From Takakia lepidozioides (lineage: Eukaryota > Plantae > Bryophyta): a DNA stretch of 64,000 nt. The notes beneath the pieces were generated by a model. The model searched no databases. It had not been told where the DNA came from and saw only the letters and a list, made by a program, of their open reading frames with translations. The position numbers were made by a program, and so were the translations under genes. The DNA is taken from the NCBI GenBank assembly GCA_030704615.1, contig CM060733.1, forward strand, positions 13,578,001 through 13,642,000, given 5' to 3'. Positions 1-12,607 of this stretch are shown one piece after another; position 1 is the first letter of the stretch, and every line of letters starts with the position of its first letter.

Positions 1-1790
1 TCACATATGCATACAAGTCCCGAATTGGGGCTATGTCCGAGAATCTAGCTTTAGTGGATGTCAGCCATAAGGATATGTGTGTGTCAGGTGAATAGGGTCA
101 ATCGTGGGATAAGTAGTAGGTTGGATGGTTCCAAGTTGGGCAAGTTCGTCTCCTATCTCATTACCCGTGATACCTATATGGGATCTGACTTTGTGGAGAT
201 AAATTTGTATTGGGGATGAGTGTACGATATCTATGATGGCCTTAATGAGGTGAAGGTCAGGGTGATGAATTTGGGAGGAAGGTTTAAGGTTTTGGTTAGA
301 GAGGAGATACAAAGACACTAAGCTATCCGTAAAGAGGTAGTAGCTGGTCGAACCAAGATGACATGATAGTGCTTTCAAAGCATCATATATAGCCATGAGT
401 TCTGCACGTAAAATATTTTGACGACCTGGAAGATGGTTGTATGTTCTTGAGTTGTTATCGGGAGAGTATGTACCATACCCTGCATGTGTATCTTTTAGGG
501 AGCCATCTGTATATATACATTGGTGGGGAGGGAATTTTAAAGGGGCTAAGTTTGTACAGTCCGGCATTTGTCTGAATGGGTGTTGTTGTTGGGTTGACCA
601 AGGTGGTTGTGGGGTGGCCATATTCCATGGTTTGTCTTGGTTGATACGAGGGTAGATGTGGGGCACTTGATGCAGTTCATAGACTATGGCAGTAGGGTCA
701 AACAACTGGTTTAGTATTTGCTTAATTGTGAAAAGAAAGTACATGATATTTGTGGGCTGTCTCAGTGGTGTACATAGACTAGTTTAGTTAGGGATAGCTC
801 TGGATGTTTCATATACTTTGGTAATGGTGGGGTTGATTCATAGATGATCGTACGTGGGTCAAATATAGCAAATGTGAACATTCCGGGGGGGGTAGCCAGC
901 ATAGGGTGATCAGTGTTATTGTGATTATTGTGTAGGATATATAATACGGTACAGGCTTCTACGGATATGTGGGTAGATATTCTTGCACAATGGATTGCTT
1001 CGGTAGGTAGCTGTACTATAGTCCGGAGGGTGCGCAAATTCTGTACCTTGCCAATGATGAGATCTGGCCAAGCCTATAGAGCCGAAACATTGGTCTTCCA
1101 TTTACAAGCTGGAGTAACTCTTCATCCCCATGGGGCATGTGAGGGGGATAGAGTAGTATGAGTGAGTGAGTTTAAGTTCTGTTGTAAGAAAGTTTAGGAG
1201 GGCCATGGGTAAGGTTGAATGGGAACGTGCGAGAGAGAGCTTGTTGGTTGTGTGGTGGTTAGACACTGGGGGGGGCAAATCTTGAGCATAGCGCTGGAGG
1301 TGTGTGGAAACTTTTGTCTCAAATGTTGGTGGGATCCGGGGTTGCAAGCTAGGTTGGGGGTTTAAATGAGACATATTCCATAGCCAGTTCAATCTAGCAA
1401 GTGATATGCTTCCAATGTAGCAGCCTAGTGGTCCATATATGTAGGCAAGGCCAGCGTGGGTCTGGATTGGGTGGGTGTAGAAAATATCGATGTCTAGGTT
1501 GCACTCGTTTAAGGAAATATGTAGGTTGGTTACATTTCTTGGTGGGCTAATGAAACGTTTGTCAAAAATTTGCAGTTCCGTAATGTGTTGATTATGAATA
1601 TGCGCTAAATAGTTAATGGTGGTTATGCTATAGTAATCAGCTATCATTTGGATATTGTGTTGCAATTGTTGTATTGATGGGCGATCAAAAAGGGTGTCAT
1701 TATGTTCCCAAGTGGCTTTCTTGTCGGGGTCTTTGATTAGTCCAAAGTAAGAACTCTTCGATTTCTCATGTTGCTCCACACTTCCAACAC
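1..1790 (-). mobile_element. Degenerate non-LTR retrotransposon fragment (Dualen/RandI-like): PCIF1-like methyltransferase-like domain followed by RNase H; continues beyond the window start
   Basis: ORF 61..744 has the RNase H motifs IYTDGS, RAELMAI, FTDSLVS and HKVRSHIGITGNEIGDELA. Upstream, reading through the stop at 1102-1104 gives HSYYSIPLTCPMGMKSYSSL*MEDQCFGSIGLARSHHWQGTEFAHPPDY. No introns; stops and frameshifts present; coding strand is C/A-rich, as in LINEs. Dualen assignment is from recalled family architecture, not a search. Confidence 0.7.
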
Positions 1791-1887
1791 CCAGAAAAAC
1801 AATGTTAATGTAATGAATGCAAGGAATAAAAAGAGAGGAGGTACAAATGCAAAGAGTCAAAGTGAGGAGGTACGTACATAACATAAG

Positions 1888-2600
1888 AGTGTTGGACTCA
1901 CAAAAATATGATAGGAGACTTGTCCCCGTATCACAAGGCCCATATTTCCCAAGACTGGTATGGTACTGGTATTGGGGTAAGGGGCCGGGTAGGGTATGTA
2001 AGGGGTATCAATAACTTTCTGCATGTATGATAATAGGGTATATGTAATTTGCTCTTTTGCAGCTCATATGGGGGAATATGAATATTACCCGGGGTAGGTA
2101 TATAGAATATTCAATATATTCAAGAGAATATTCAATAGCCTGAAATAAAAAATTGACCTTCATACTGGATCACAATTACAACACAATGCACACATATAAA
2201 ACCAGAATTGAGCTCACAAACATTGCACATTGAGTATATAAAGATGCCATAAAATGCTATGCTCATATAATGGACTGCCACATGACTCAAAATGCGGAGG
2301 TATGTATTGCCCCAATCCCCAGCCGCTCATGAATTCCCTTGCCGTAATTACACACATACACCTACTGTGCCATTTGGAGACTCACATTGTAGTAATATTG
2401 GTATCAGCAGCAATCTCGTCCATCGCAATACTATACAGGTATGGTATACATTGTAGTATGGAGCAAGGTATGTATTTCCCCCAATCTGATATTGCCCGGG
2501 GTAATGGCCACGCTACCTACGAGCCGAGTATGGTCTTTACCTATTTGGGTTGATATCAGTATTGATACCCGGGTTGGACCTATAGACCGGTCCAACACTA
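1888..2600. mobile_element. Non-autonomous hAT-like MITE, copy 1
   Basis: Terminal inverted repeats AGTGTTGGAC (1888) / GTCCAACACT (2590). 8-mer GTACGTAC lies directly right of the element and about 10 nt left of it. Collinear with 3026..3750. Confidence 0.65.
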
Positions 2601-3025
2601 GTACGTACCTGCAAAGTATGTACACAGTGCTGGGCGGTGATTTGATTTCTTTCATAACCTCTGGTTTCGATTTTTACAACATCTTAGAATCAAAGAACTT
2701 CCGGTTCCGGTTTTTTCATGTATTTTTTCCCAAACTATACCCCATTCAAGAACATGAGTCAGACAAGAGAGAGTGGAAACAGGAAGGAGCAACTTAGCAG
2801 CGGCGGCCCTCAAACTGATCCTATTTCGTATTGAGAAACTTATCAGGTCTTTGCCCCTAAATGTGCCTCTAAACCGAAGTCCAACAAAGAGATACTGTAC
2901 CCCTATTATGTGCCATTACTGTCTGTGAGACCCTACCCAGGATGCACAACCAAATCTCCAGCGGTCCGTGTGCCTGTAGTATGAATATCAATGAGCTCTC
3001 ATAGCCGCACAATAATGGTAACAAC

Positions 3026-3750
3026 TAGTGTTGGACTCGTATCACGAAAATATGATACCAGACTGGTTGTGGTATCACAAGGGACCACATTTCCCAATAC
3101 TGATATGGTCCTGGTAATGGGGTAAGAGGGCGGGTAGGGTATAGGAGGGGTATCAATAGTGTAAATTTGTGGATGTATATAAGTAGGGTATCAATATGTT
3201 TTTTCCAATCTCATAGTATGGGGAGTATGAATATTGCCCTGGGTATGTATATTAAATATTTAGCATATTCAAGAAAATATTCAATAACCTGAGAAAAGAA
3301 ATGACCTTCATAATGGATCACAATTACAGCACAATTTTATTTTTTTATTTTTTTGTTTCTTTTTTACAGCACAATGCACATACAAAAATACATTGCTCAT
3401 GCAAAAATACACCATACCATACCTGTATTTTTGCACATTGCAGATTGAGTATAAAACAGATGCCATAAATGCCATAAATGCCATAAATGCCCTTGAATTC
3501 CCTTGTCATAACTCCATACATACACCTAGCCTTTGGAGGCTGACATAGCAGCAATATTGGTATCAATACCAGTCTTGTCCAATGCAATACCAGAAGGGTG
3601 CGGTATATACCATAGTATGGAACAAGGTATGTATTGCCCCTAGTATTGTATTGTCCAGGTATTGGCCACCCTAACCTACCAGCCGGGTATGGTATTACCT
3701 GGATATCAGTATTGATACCCGGGTTGGGCCTATATACCGGTCCAACATTG
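3026..3750. mobile_element. Non-autonomous hAT-like MITE, copy 2
   Basis: TIRs TAGTGTTGGAC / GTCCAACATTG. A 7-8 bp TSD (G)TAACAAC is restored once the Tourist element 3754..4102 is removed. Diverged direct copy of 1888..2600. Confidence 0.7.
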
Positions 3751-3753
3751 TAA

Positions 3754-4102
3754 GAGCATCTCCACGGGGGGTACACTAAACACCACTTGCACGGTAATCT
3801 CCCGGGCCCTTGAACACTCCCCTCCCCTAGCGGGCAACTCCATCCCTTGAACACTCCCCTCCCGTAGCGGGCAACTCCATCAAACAACATGTAATTTTTG
3901 ATGACGTGCCTTGCTGCGGAGGGACCACCTGGCAGACACCACCTTATCATCGCGCCATAAATGCATGTCGGCGTGCTTTTTAGTGGCTCCAGCAGGCACT
4001 GGCCGGGCTGGCCAGGGCCCGTATCTTGCACCAAGGTACGGCCTGGGGGTGCGGATACCAGGGCCGATGCCATGGCATTTAGGGACACCGGTGGGGATGC
4101 TC
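3754..4102. mobile_element. PIF/Harbinger (Tourist-like) MITE
   Basis: TIRs GAGCATCTCCAC / GTGGGGATGCTC, flanked by TAA on both sides (3751-3753 and 4103-4105); internal ~38-bp duplication CCCTTGAACACTCCCCTCCC..AGCGGGCAACTCCATC. Confidence 0.8.
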
Positions 4103-5883
4103 TAACAACTTGATACGAAATGGGATCCCCAAACTGTAATCCATGGTATGCCCTGGGTATTCGACCTACCACCTACCCGACTGGTAGGTTCTCGAAGAAC
4201 CTCCTCATACCTATTATTGATATCCGGGAAGACCCACAATACCAGTAGTTATAAGAAGGTTATATGGTTATATAACCGCGGTTCTAAAAAAAAAGACAAG
4301 AAAAAGGAAAGAACCTCCAAAGACTCATACCCGCCGATTACGTAGTTTTGAAATAATCAGAATTCGGACAACCATCAAAGATCCGCCAAAGACCCGCCTG
4401 TTATTTGATGAAAACGGTGGTTCTTTGAGGTTCTTACAACTAACCGGAACATGGGTTCAGCAATGAAATCTCTGTTCAATTTGGTGCATTTTGAGTATAC
4501 TTGATGGTGGTGAGAAGTATTGATATCCGTATTGATATTCAACCGATATTAAAAAAAATGAACTCGTACTATTGATACCATATATTGTACATATCTAAGG
4601 GAAATACTTATACTAGGATATTATTAGCAAATTCATCATTATGCAATACTTAGAATGATACGAGAGTTCAAAAAACAAAGCACCCCTCCACAACCTACCA
4701 TGCCTCGTACATTAAACATTAAAATGCTGATAAGGGCACAACACTGCTTATAACCTCCCGGGTTTGTAGCTAAAACCTCCCAACAGTGGTATGTACTTTG
4801 TACCGCTCTGGTAGATACTTATAAAAATTGGGTAAAGATGGTGTAGAGCGGCCACTCGGCCACCATTGTTCCCTTGGAACTGGCCTGGTGGCCCCATCAA
4901 TAGAGGTGCTGATATGCGCTCCTCAGGGCACCCACTATTGAAGAGCAAGTCTCACTTGCTCATCATCATGTACCAAGGTACTGGCGTTGGATTGGGAGCC
5001 GGGAGAACTTGCTAGGAGGCTGGAGAGCACGCACAAAGGTTTAGGCGTTGAAAGAAAAAGAAGGGTAGGTGAGTCTCCCCTAGGTGGACTTACTAGTAAG
5101 ATTACCAGTAAGTACCAGTAATTTGTACCTCTCTCAGCCTCTCCTAGATGGACTTACCAATAAGACTACCAGTAAGTTGTCCCTTTCTTTTGACAGGCTA
5201 TCTTTTTTTGTGACTTTCACTGTGACAGACATTTTTTTGTCATTGCCTTACATTTGACAGGCAGTATTTTCTTTTGCCTTTTTGCCTGTCAAATCTGTTG
5301 TAACAAGGTGCAAAAATCAGCCTTGCTTCCAAGCCTCGGTCCTCCTGTTGTCAAGGAAGTCACCCACGTCCTTTAAGCAGGCTCACATCCTATGCGCTTG
5401 CATTGCATTCTCAATGTTGTCTTGTCACATGTGGTAATTGGGGAGGATGGAACTCCACTCGCACGGCAATTTAGGTTCTGTAGAACCAGAAATGAAAAGC
5501 TGTGCTAGTGTTGAGCACTGGCATTATACATTATAGACACTAGACAAAGCCTGTTTGACCCTTGCACTTCGTATCTTATAGAGACTAGGAACAGTGACAT
5601 GAAGTTGCCATCCATCAGTGTGAGAGACTGGTGGTCTCGAGGCTCGAGGTTTCAGTTAGCAAAAGGTCAGATGTGGATGCAGCTGAGCTGCCTCACAGAG
5701 GGCCTTGTAACCATGGCTGACCAATGAATGCTCCTCTGCAACTCAAAGCACTTGGAAAGAGTCCGTTTCATTATTATGAATTAATTAAAAGAATAGTATT
5801 TCCTAATGCCTACACCTAATTCTCAAAAATTCAGGAGATCAGTTTCCTTGTGAGTGACAGATCCTCCACTATTCCTTCCTGCA

Positions 5884-8800
5884 TTACTCAAGAGGCACTT
5901 GGCGCATCTTACAAACAAGCCGCAAAGTGGCCAGATCTAAAGGAGTCCCTCCATCCTGTTTGGACAACTCAGGCAACTTGTCTCGTGGGGTGGCAACACA
6001 CTCATGGAAAGTAGAGAGAACAAGAGGGGCAGCCATCGACAGAGCTGACAATACATTGCATAAGTACTCAATATCAGCCGATAGCTGTTGGGCCCCACGC
6101 TCACTGAGTCCTTGGATGCCTCGGATTTGATCTATGTACAAAGAAGTCGCTCCTTCGGCAACCTGCAGTAGGCATGGAGCATGTCAGGTGTCGCCAGATA
6201 CTCTCATGGAAAGTGCAAACACTGGCCAACTGGCAACATCATACACTGATGAGAGATACCTACCATGGCAGAATCCTTGAGGGCCCCAATAATCAGCTAG
6301 TTATCACCGCATGAGCAGGTGTGTGTAGAAGTGTGGATATATACCTTGAACATCCATTCTGTTGCAAAGTACTGTGCTTCATCAGACGACTCGTCATTTC
6401 CGTCCCCTGAGACGCCCGCCGCCCCGCCCCCACTAGCAGCCAATGGCATCAGTTGTTGGGGCAGAGTCAAGAGATACTCCCCTATGCTCATTACATAGGG
6501 CAATGGGTAGGCGCTGAAATTGGGGAGTTCAAACAAATTCTCTTCCTCTCCCTGGTTCCAAATAGGCATTTGTGCCACATTGTTAAGCTTTGACCGCACT
6601 TTGGAGATGAGCACTTCATATACCAGTTCATTCACTGCCTCTGTAAAAGCACCCACCCTTTGGGAGGTATGTGGTAGTGCATGAAATCTGGGGTCCTTAG
6701 CCTGTAACATTCACCCCAAAAAGCCTGGTCACTGGTTGTTAGAAGAATGTACTTCTACGGAACTCTACAAAAGAGGAAAGAAGAAATATTTTGGACATCA
6801 TGGGATGCCAAGAGGGCGCCAATTGTACACAGCAGAACAAGAAAAGAAACCAAAAGCTGAAAATCAGAGAGAGAGAATGTACACATGGTGTTGTTTGCCG
6901 TAGCCTTGTGACCATAGACCCCGAGCCCAGTTTGGGCAGACAAAGAGGGAACAGAAACTACCTTTGTCAGGGGCTTACTCCAGTAGTGGGACTTACATTG
7001 GTACAGACAATTTGTTCAGGCTTTCCACATGTCCTCTACAAAGCCCTTCATACAAGCATCATTCTGCTGTGTGTTGTGAGAGGGAGAGAGAGAGAATGTA
7101 CTCATAAGACGTTGTTTGCTGTAGCCATGTGGCCATTGACCCGGCGCCCAGTTTGAGCGGAGCACAAAGGGACAGAAAGTACCTTTGTCAGGGGCTGACA
7201 CGTAGTATGACTAACCTTGGACAGACAATTGATCGGACTTTTCCAAATATCCTCTAGAAATCCCTTTATACAAGCATCAATCTGCCGTGTGTGATTTGCC
7301 CAATAACTAGGCCCCAAAAGGGCCTGGGCGTTTGGCTCAGCCTCGAGATTTCCGAAGTTGGTAAACCGAGGTACAGGAACAAATCCCTTGAAGGATTTGG
7401 AGTGCATCTCTCTGGTGAGAGTACCCAGGACAACGAATCAGAAAATGAATATTCTGCCCTGAGTTAAAATTTCAGTCTAGTGCCGAGAGTGCATAAAACC
7501 TTGAGGTCATCCATGATGGCCTTGCCCATGTCACAGACTGGAAACAAGTTCAGGGAAGTTTTCTGCCTAACGTCATTTTCATCAGACACTTTCCTGGCAA
7601 CAGACATGGCTTTGGACACTACAGCATCTAAAAGAGAGAGAGAGAGAGTTGTACTCATAAGACGTTGTTTGCCGTAGCCTTGTGGCCATTGACAGAGAGA
7701 TAGAGATAGAGAGATAGAGAGACAGAGAGAGAGAGGGAGAACCTGTTCCAGAAGGCTTCCAAGGCGCCTTGCCTTATCAGGAGCATCGACCAATCGCAGG
7801 ATGGCTATGTCCAGTCCTCCTGTCGCAACCCCAGTAACCCCACTTGAGTCGTCACTTCCAGATGAAGCAAGGGGCAAGGCCCCTGGCATACCAATGGTCA
7901 CAAGGACATCTTGCAGCTGCAGCCGTGAGCCTAAACGAGCAAGTGTTAAACGCAGAGAAGCCTCAAAGACGGATGAGCGGGAACTCAAGCTGTCGGCCAC
8001 AGTCAAGAGCTGCAGTGCCCCTTGGACTATAGACCACTCTTCTTCCTCAGGTACAATATCTATAGGTAAGCTGCTAGCCCCTCCTTCCTTCTTGCCGGGC
8101 CCCTCTAGCATCCCTGCATCCTTTTTCAGACTTGAAAGCTCGTTAGATACAGTTCCCTCTGAAAGAGCCCGATCGACTCCACAAATGGAGCGCAATGATT
8201 TTAGAATCTCTAGCAAGCTTGACAGATAGTGGAGCACAACTTCATCCAGTGTGCGAAGTAATGACTCAGCCTCCACCCCCCCAGTGAAGCTAATGCAGCA
8301 TTCGACTGCAGCTTCAAGGGCCATGGTCACCTCAGGAATGGAAGCTTCCATTCGTCGCACAGTTTCACTTAGCTCTATCCCGCGTGCACCAATGCCACGA
8401 GGCACTGCACCCCTCAAATCCAGTGCTGCCACCTCTGTAAGGAGTTGGGCACGTTCCAGCTCTCCGTACCTTGAAACATAACGACAGGCAAGTTGAACAG
8501 GCAATGTGAAAGGGACTGGGACTGAAGCACCTGGGCCAGGACCTCAGACTGACTCTTAGATAAGAAGTTGTAGTCATATGACCAGGTCGATTGCCTACGT
8601 ACACAGGGGTTGTTTGTCTGTTCTAAGAAAGGAGGCTGCTACCTTGGACAGACATTGTTAGTTAACTCCAAGGTGAAAAGCCCCATGAACCTGCAGGTTT
8701 GCCATCCAAGCATTGCAAGAAAAACAGACTTTCTCAAGGCTCACCTAACCAGCTGCTGAAATCATGAGCTGTGTTGCAAATAGCTAGCGACTGAAAGCCA

Positions 8801-11800
8801 CATCGTAGTCCCCAGGAATACAGTACTGATGGCCAGCTTCTGAAACAGTGGACTGCAGTGACAGTTTCATGCTCCTGGCAAATCAGTTCAGAGAAACGAA
8901 GACATACCTTCTTTTATACCCTTCATAGGGCAAGTAGACAGATTGGAGTACACGTGCCAATTCCGCCAGGTCAATTGCAGAGAGCAAGTGCTGGATGTTT
9001 TTGGCAAATGCACCTGTCATGCTATGTAGGGCTATCAGTAAGCCCAGTCGTGAACCTCGCACCTTCCCTGATGCACCCTGCTCTCCAGCCCCTTCAACTC
9101 CTGTCATTTGCATCACCACAGATTAGAGTGTTTCTACATCAAGGTACCAGTACTCCTAACTAGAGGAGGACAGACTGATGGAGACAGTTAAGGAGAGTCT
9201 AAGCATATTACTATGTATTGAAAGCGTCTTATCACTTATGGAACATGTTTCTATCCACCTCCATTTCGACCAAATTCATCTTGAGAGCTATATAGCACCA
9301 AAAGAGGCATCCAACCATTCTGAAGCTCTTTAGAATCCAAGGTAACCACACCAACGCATTGGCAGGAGGCTCCATAATCACATACGGGTGGTCGAACAAG
9401 CATCACTGTCATGCTCTGTAAGCTGTCCACACCCTCAAACATTGTCTTAACACACAGTGAATGCTAAAGGAAACTTGCCTGCCGAAGCCCTGGCTTCTGC
9501 TCTTGCTTCTTCTGTAGAAGTATCAATACGAGCAGCAAAGCTTGCAGATATCGCTCCCATTGTCTCAATCAGCAGCCTTGGGACAAGCAACTTGTAGTCT
9601 TCTGGGAAAGCCACTGCGCACCTGCCAGAAGAACAAGGGTGCTCCAACATTTCAGGGAAAAGAGGAATGTTAGAATGACTCCAGCAGGGCGCACATTGGA
9701 TCTTACTCTGGTTGGACAGCAACACAGGATCGTCATAACAGCTTCAGGAGTTAACCAAGACTGAAATATAACGTACCATTTTAGCTCTTGTTCAAGTACA
9801 AGGAGGACTTCGTCATAAAAGTGTGGTAGCCACTCTGCAAAAGATATGAAGGAACCATTGGCAGACATCGCCAGGGCGGCTGGTCGCCGCTTGCCACTTG
9901 GCTGCTTCTCAGTGGCAGAAGTCTTCATCAGCGGAAGGCCTCCTTTTCCTGACTCAAACTCATCCCACAGTTGGCGCAATGGCCGCATACGCACTTTGGT
10001 ATAGTGCTGCTCTAGTGAGCTGTAACGACCGACTGTGATCAGGATGTCCCGTAGTCCTTGCGTACTTTCCACCTGCCAATGGATCAAGGATGCTTTATCA
10101 GTAGAACATTTTTTCTCCCTCTCTCTTCCAGAAGATCCTCTTCTAAATCATTGCTCCGTCAATAGATAATTGGGAGGCACTGTGAATTGCTGCAACACAA
10201 TGCAGATGCACAAGCTAATAAGATACTCACCTTACGCTGAGAGAGAGCATCTGTTAGTCGAGGTTGCACCATGTGTTCCAATCGATCTTCCAGGCCCTCC
10301 AATTGCCGCTTCACATTTGCGAAGTCTGGCACCTGTACCCTCAGGTTGTAAATACAAACAATTTGTCGAGACAGAACACTGAAAATGCAACATTTAAAAC
10401 CAAGCTCCTTCACTAAGGTACATACTCACGTAAACACATGCACTTGCTAAGATGTTGATAAACTCCAGATTTTGCGATTGGTGTTAGATATCGATGACAA
10501 CCTTAAGATTTTAGCAGTGCTAATGTGTTTAAGTATTTTGAAGGGTTGCTGCAAGCGTATAAGCCTTAGCGTTGCATATGAGGAGCTCCCTAGAGTTGTA
10601 AAAGCTCCTGTGACAGCAGCAAATAATGCCCTTTAGTTATAGTATGTTCTGATTGCAAGACATGAGTACGTGATTTTACTAACAGTACACTTTCTAGCTA
10701 GAAGTCTAGTTCGAACTCATTCCGGAAAATTCGACACTGACGAAGAGCAGGAGAGAATTACTTCACCAACAACTGCCAAACAGCGGCGCATTTGGGCGAG
10801 AGTCTCGGCCACCCGCGGTAGGTCCCCACTTGCAAAGACATCTTCCACACTGGCACTGAGCTTTGCCAATCCTGCTGCATCCTGCCACCACCCATACAAA
10901 ATGAATAAAAAACAGAGTCTTCTTATCTGAATGAACTGCTTACGAGCTGTGTATGATTCAGTTACTGTTGCGGCATCCTCTATGTTTGAGAATGGTGTGG
11001 GTTACTCACAAACCTGTGCTGACCGTCTGTACTCAATGGCTATCTTCATTGCAGAAGTTCATCAAAGGTGTGTAGGTATGGCTATTCACAAAGTAAACTA
11101 AGGTGAGGAGAATTTGCTATGAGAACTGACCCAATTGGTGTCCGAGGCCACTTTTTCTTCTCGAATCTCTCTGCCAATAACCTCTAACCGTCTTACTAAA
11201 CTGCGAGAGATACTTGATTTAACAATGTAGTCTAGAATTAGAAGTAACAGAAGTTGAGATTCTGACCTGCAAAGTCTCATGAGCTGCTTCCATACGCTGT
11301 TTCACAGCATCAACACGTGCAAGTGCTGCAACTGACTCTGCCGATGTACCCTCAGCCTGAACACTCAACCAAAACCACGGCTGTTGGACCCACACCTCAC
11401 ATATTCCAAGACCACATGCTTTGAATTTACTCTTGAATGCAAACTGATGGATGCAGGTGCCTAACAGACACAACCCAGGAGCAGGACATAGGGTTCGATT
11501 TTTTCTGTTTCAGCCAACCCCAATCACAGGTTGGCTTATCTATGTGGTTTACTGAACATATTATATAAAGGTCCTTAGACTGTAAATTTGCCACATGTGC
11601 ATCCATAAGCAAAGCCCAAGAGTGCTTCCCAGCTTTCAACTTAAAACTTTATCATAGGATATACCATGGCTCCAAGGAGATGATGTCAATCTGATTGCAA
11701 TGCATTGTTGGACTGACATAGAAGTATTCAAACATGATGCATTTGGCAAGTATAGGCACGCATTAAATATCCTTTCTACTTCCAAGTTAGCTAATGTTCT

Positions 11801-11950
11801 TTTCTGACGAGTAGCTTCACAATGTCCCTGGGAGAGAATATTTCTGGAGCCACGGAAACAATGACCAGGGGCGGTGGCATTTTGAATTGAAGTTCTGGTG
11901 TTGCTTGACAGATCTTTCGGAACCTCAGTACTTCGGAGTAACCACACACA

Positions 11951-11989
<39 letters not shown>

Positions 11990-12550
11990 TCGGTCTGTCA
12001 CTAGAGCACCCACCCACAATTCTTCAAGCTTGTGAATTTAATTGATGACAAGCAATGACATCATCGCACACTTGCACCACAGGACTTGGGCAATATGCCA
12101 GAAACGTGGGCACGACGCACCCTTCGGGGAATACACATTTTTAGAGAGAGATGGATCCAGAGATGCAGTGACAGAAACAGGGGTGGGGAGGGGGGGGGAT
12201 GAAATTGAGCTTCAGATGTAAGACATTGTATGCAGACAGACACAGATGCACACTTAGAAGCGGACCTGTTTAAGCTTGTTCAGAACTGCAGAAACAGTGG
12301 ATCGAAGAGATATAGCATCATCGCGCACACGAAGAACATCCCGAGACGCCCGGGGCACACGCAGCAGCGCTTGAGTGCTCTGCTCCTCCAATGACGCAGC
12401 AATATTCTCTGCCATCAATTGCAGCTTCATCTCCAAATCTCCCAAGTACTTGTCCACACTGTCATCAGGATGCCGCGCCTTGCATGCCGCATTCACCCAC
12501 GCCTTGGCATTATACTTCTCCTCCGCAAAGGAGCCCAGATCCACCATCAT
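5884..12550 (-). CDS. COG7: Conserved oligomeric Golgi complex subunit 7; exons 12550-12266, 11356-11267, 10881-10762, 10332-10231, 10072-9777, 9621-9479, 9100-8908, 8469-7743, 6701-6345, 6162-5884
   Basis: Spliced frame is continuous, from MMVDLGSFAEEKYNAKAWVNAAC..LEMKLQL through DPRFHALP and FSAYPLPYVMSIGEYLLTLPQQL to GAQQLSADIEYLCNVLSAL. Splice phases are consistent; one GC donor (9478-9477). Confidence 0.95.
6877..7693 (-). mobile_element. Head-to-tail array of three 5'-truncated copies of the (CT)n-associated LINE inside COG7 intron 8 (7649-7693, 7096-7632, 6877-7078)
   Basis: Each piece matches the 3' end of the full element at 31144..34982 (..ATGGCCACAAGGCTACGGCAAACAACGTCTTATGAGTAC) and is separated from the next by (CT)n. 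Confidence 0.9.
11953..11987. repeat. (CT)n microsatellite in COG7 intron 1, with no LINE inserted
   Basis: Pure TC dinucleotide run seen directly. Confidence 0.9.
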
Positions 12551-12575
12551 CTTTCCTCCCTTCTTCTACATTCCC

Positions 12576-12607
<32 letters not shown>

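Noticed and set aside
3345-4172. 275-aa ORF
   Set aside because: Spans two unrelated MITEs and has no protein motif; chance ORF.
7464-7742. C-terminal extension of the 346-aa ORF suggesting a COG7-LINE fusion
   Set aside because: Read-through past a canonical GT donor at 7742 into intronic LINE fragments; the COG7 frame resumes correctly at 6701.
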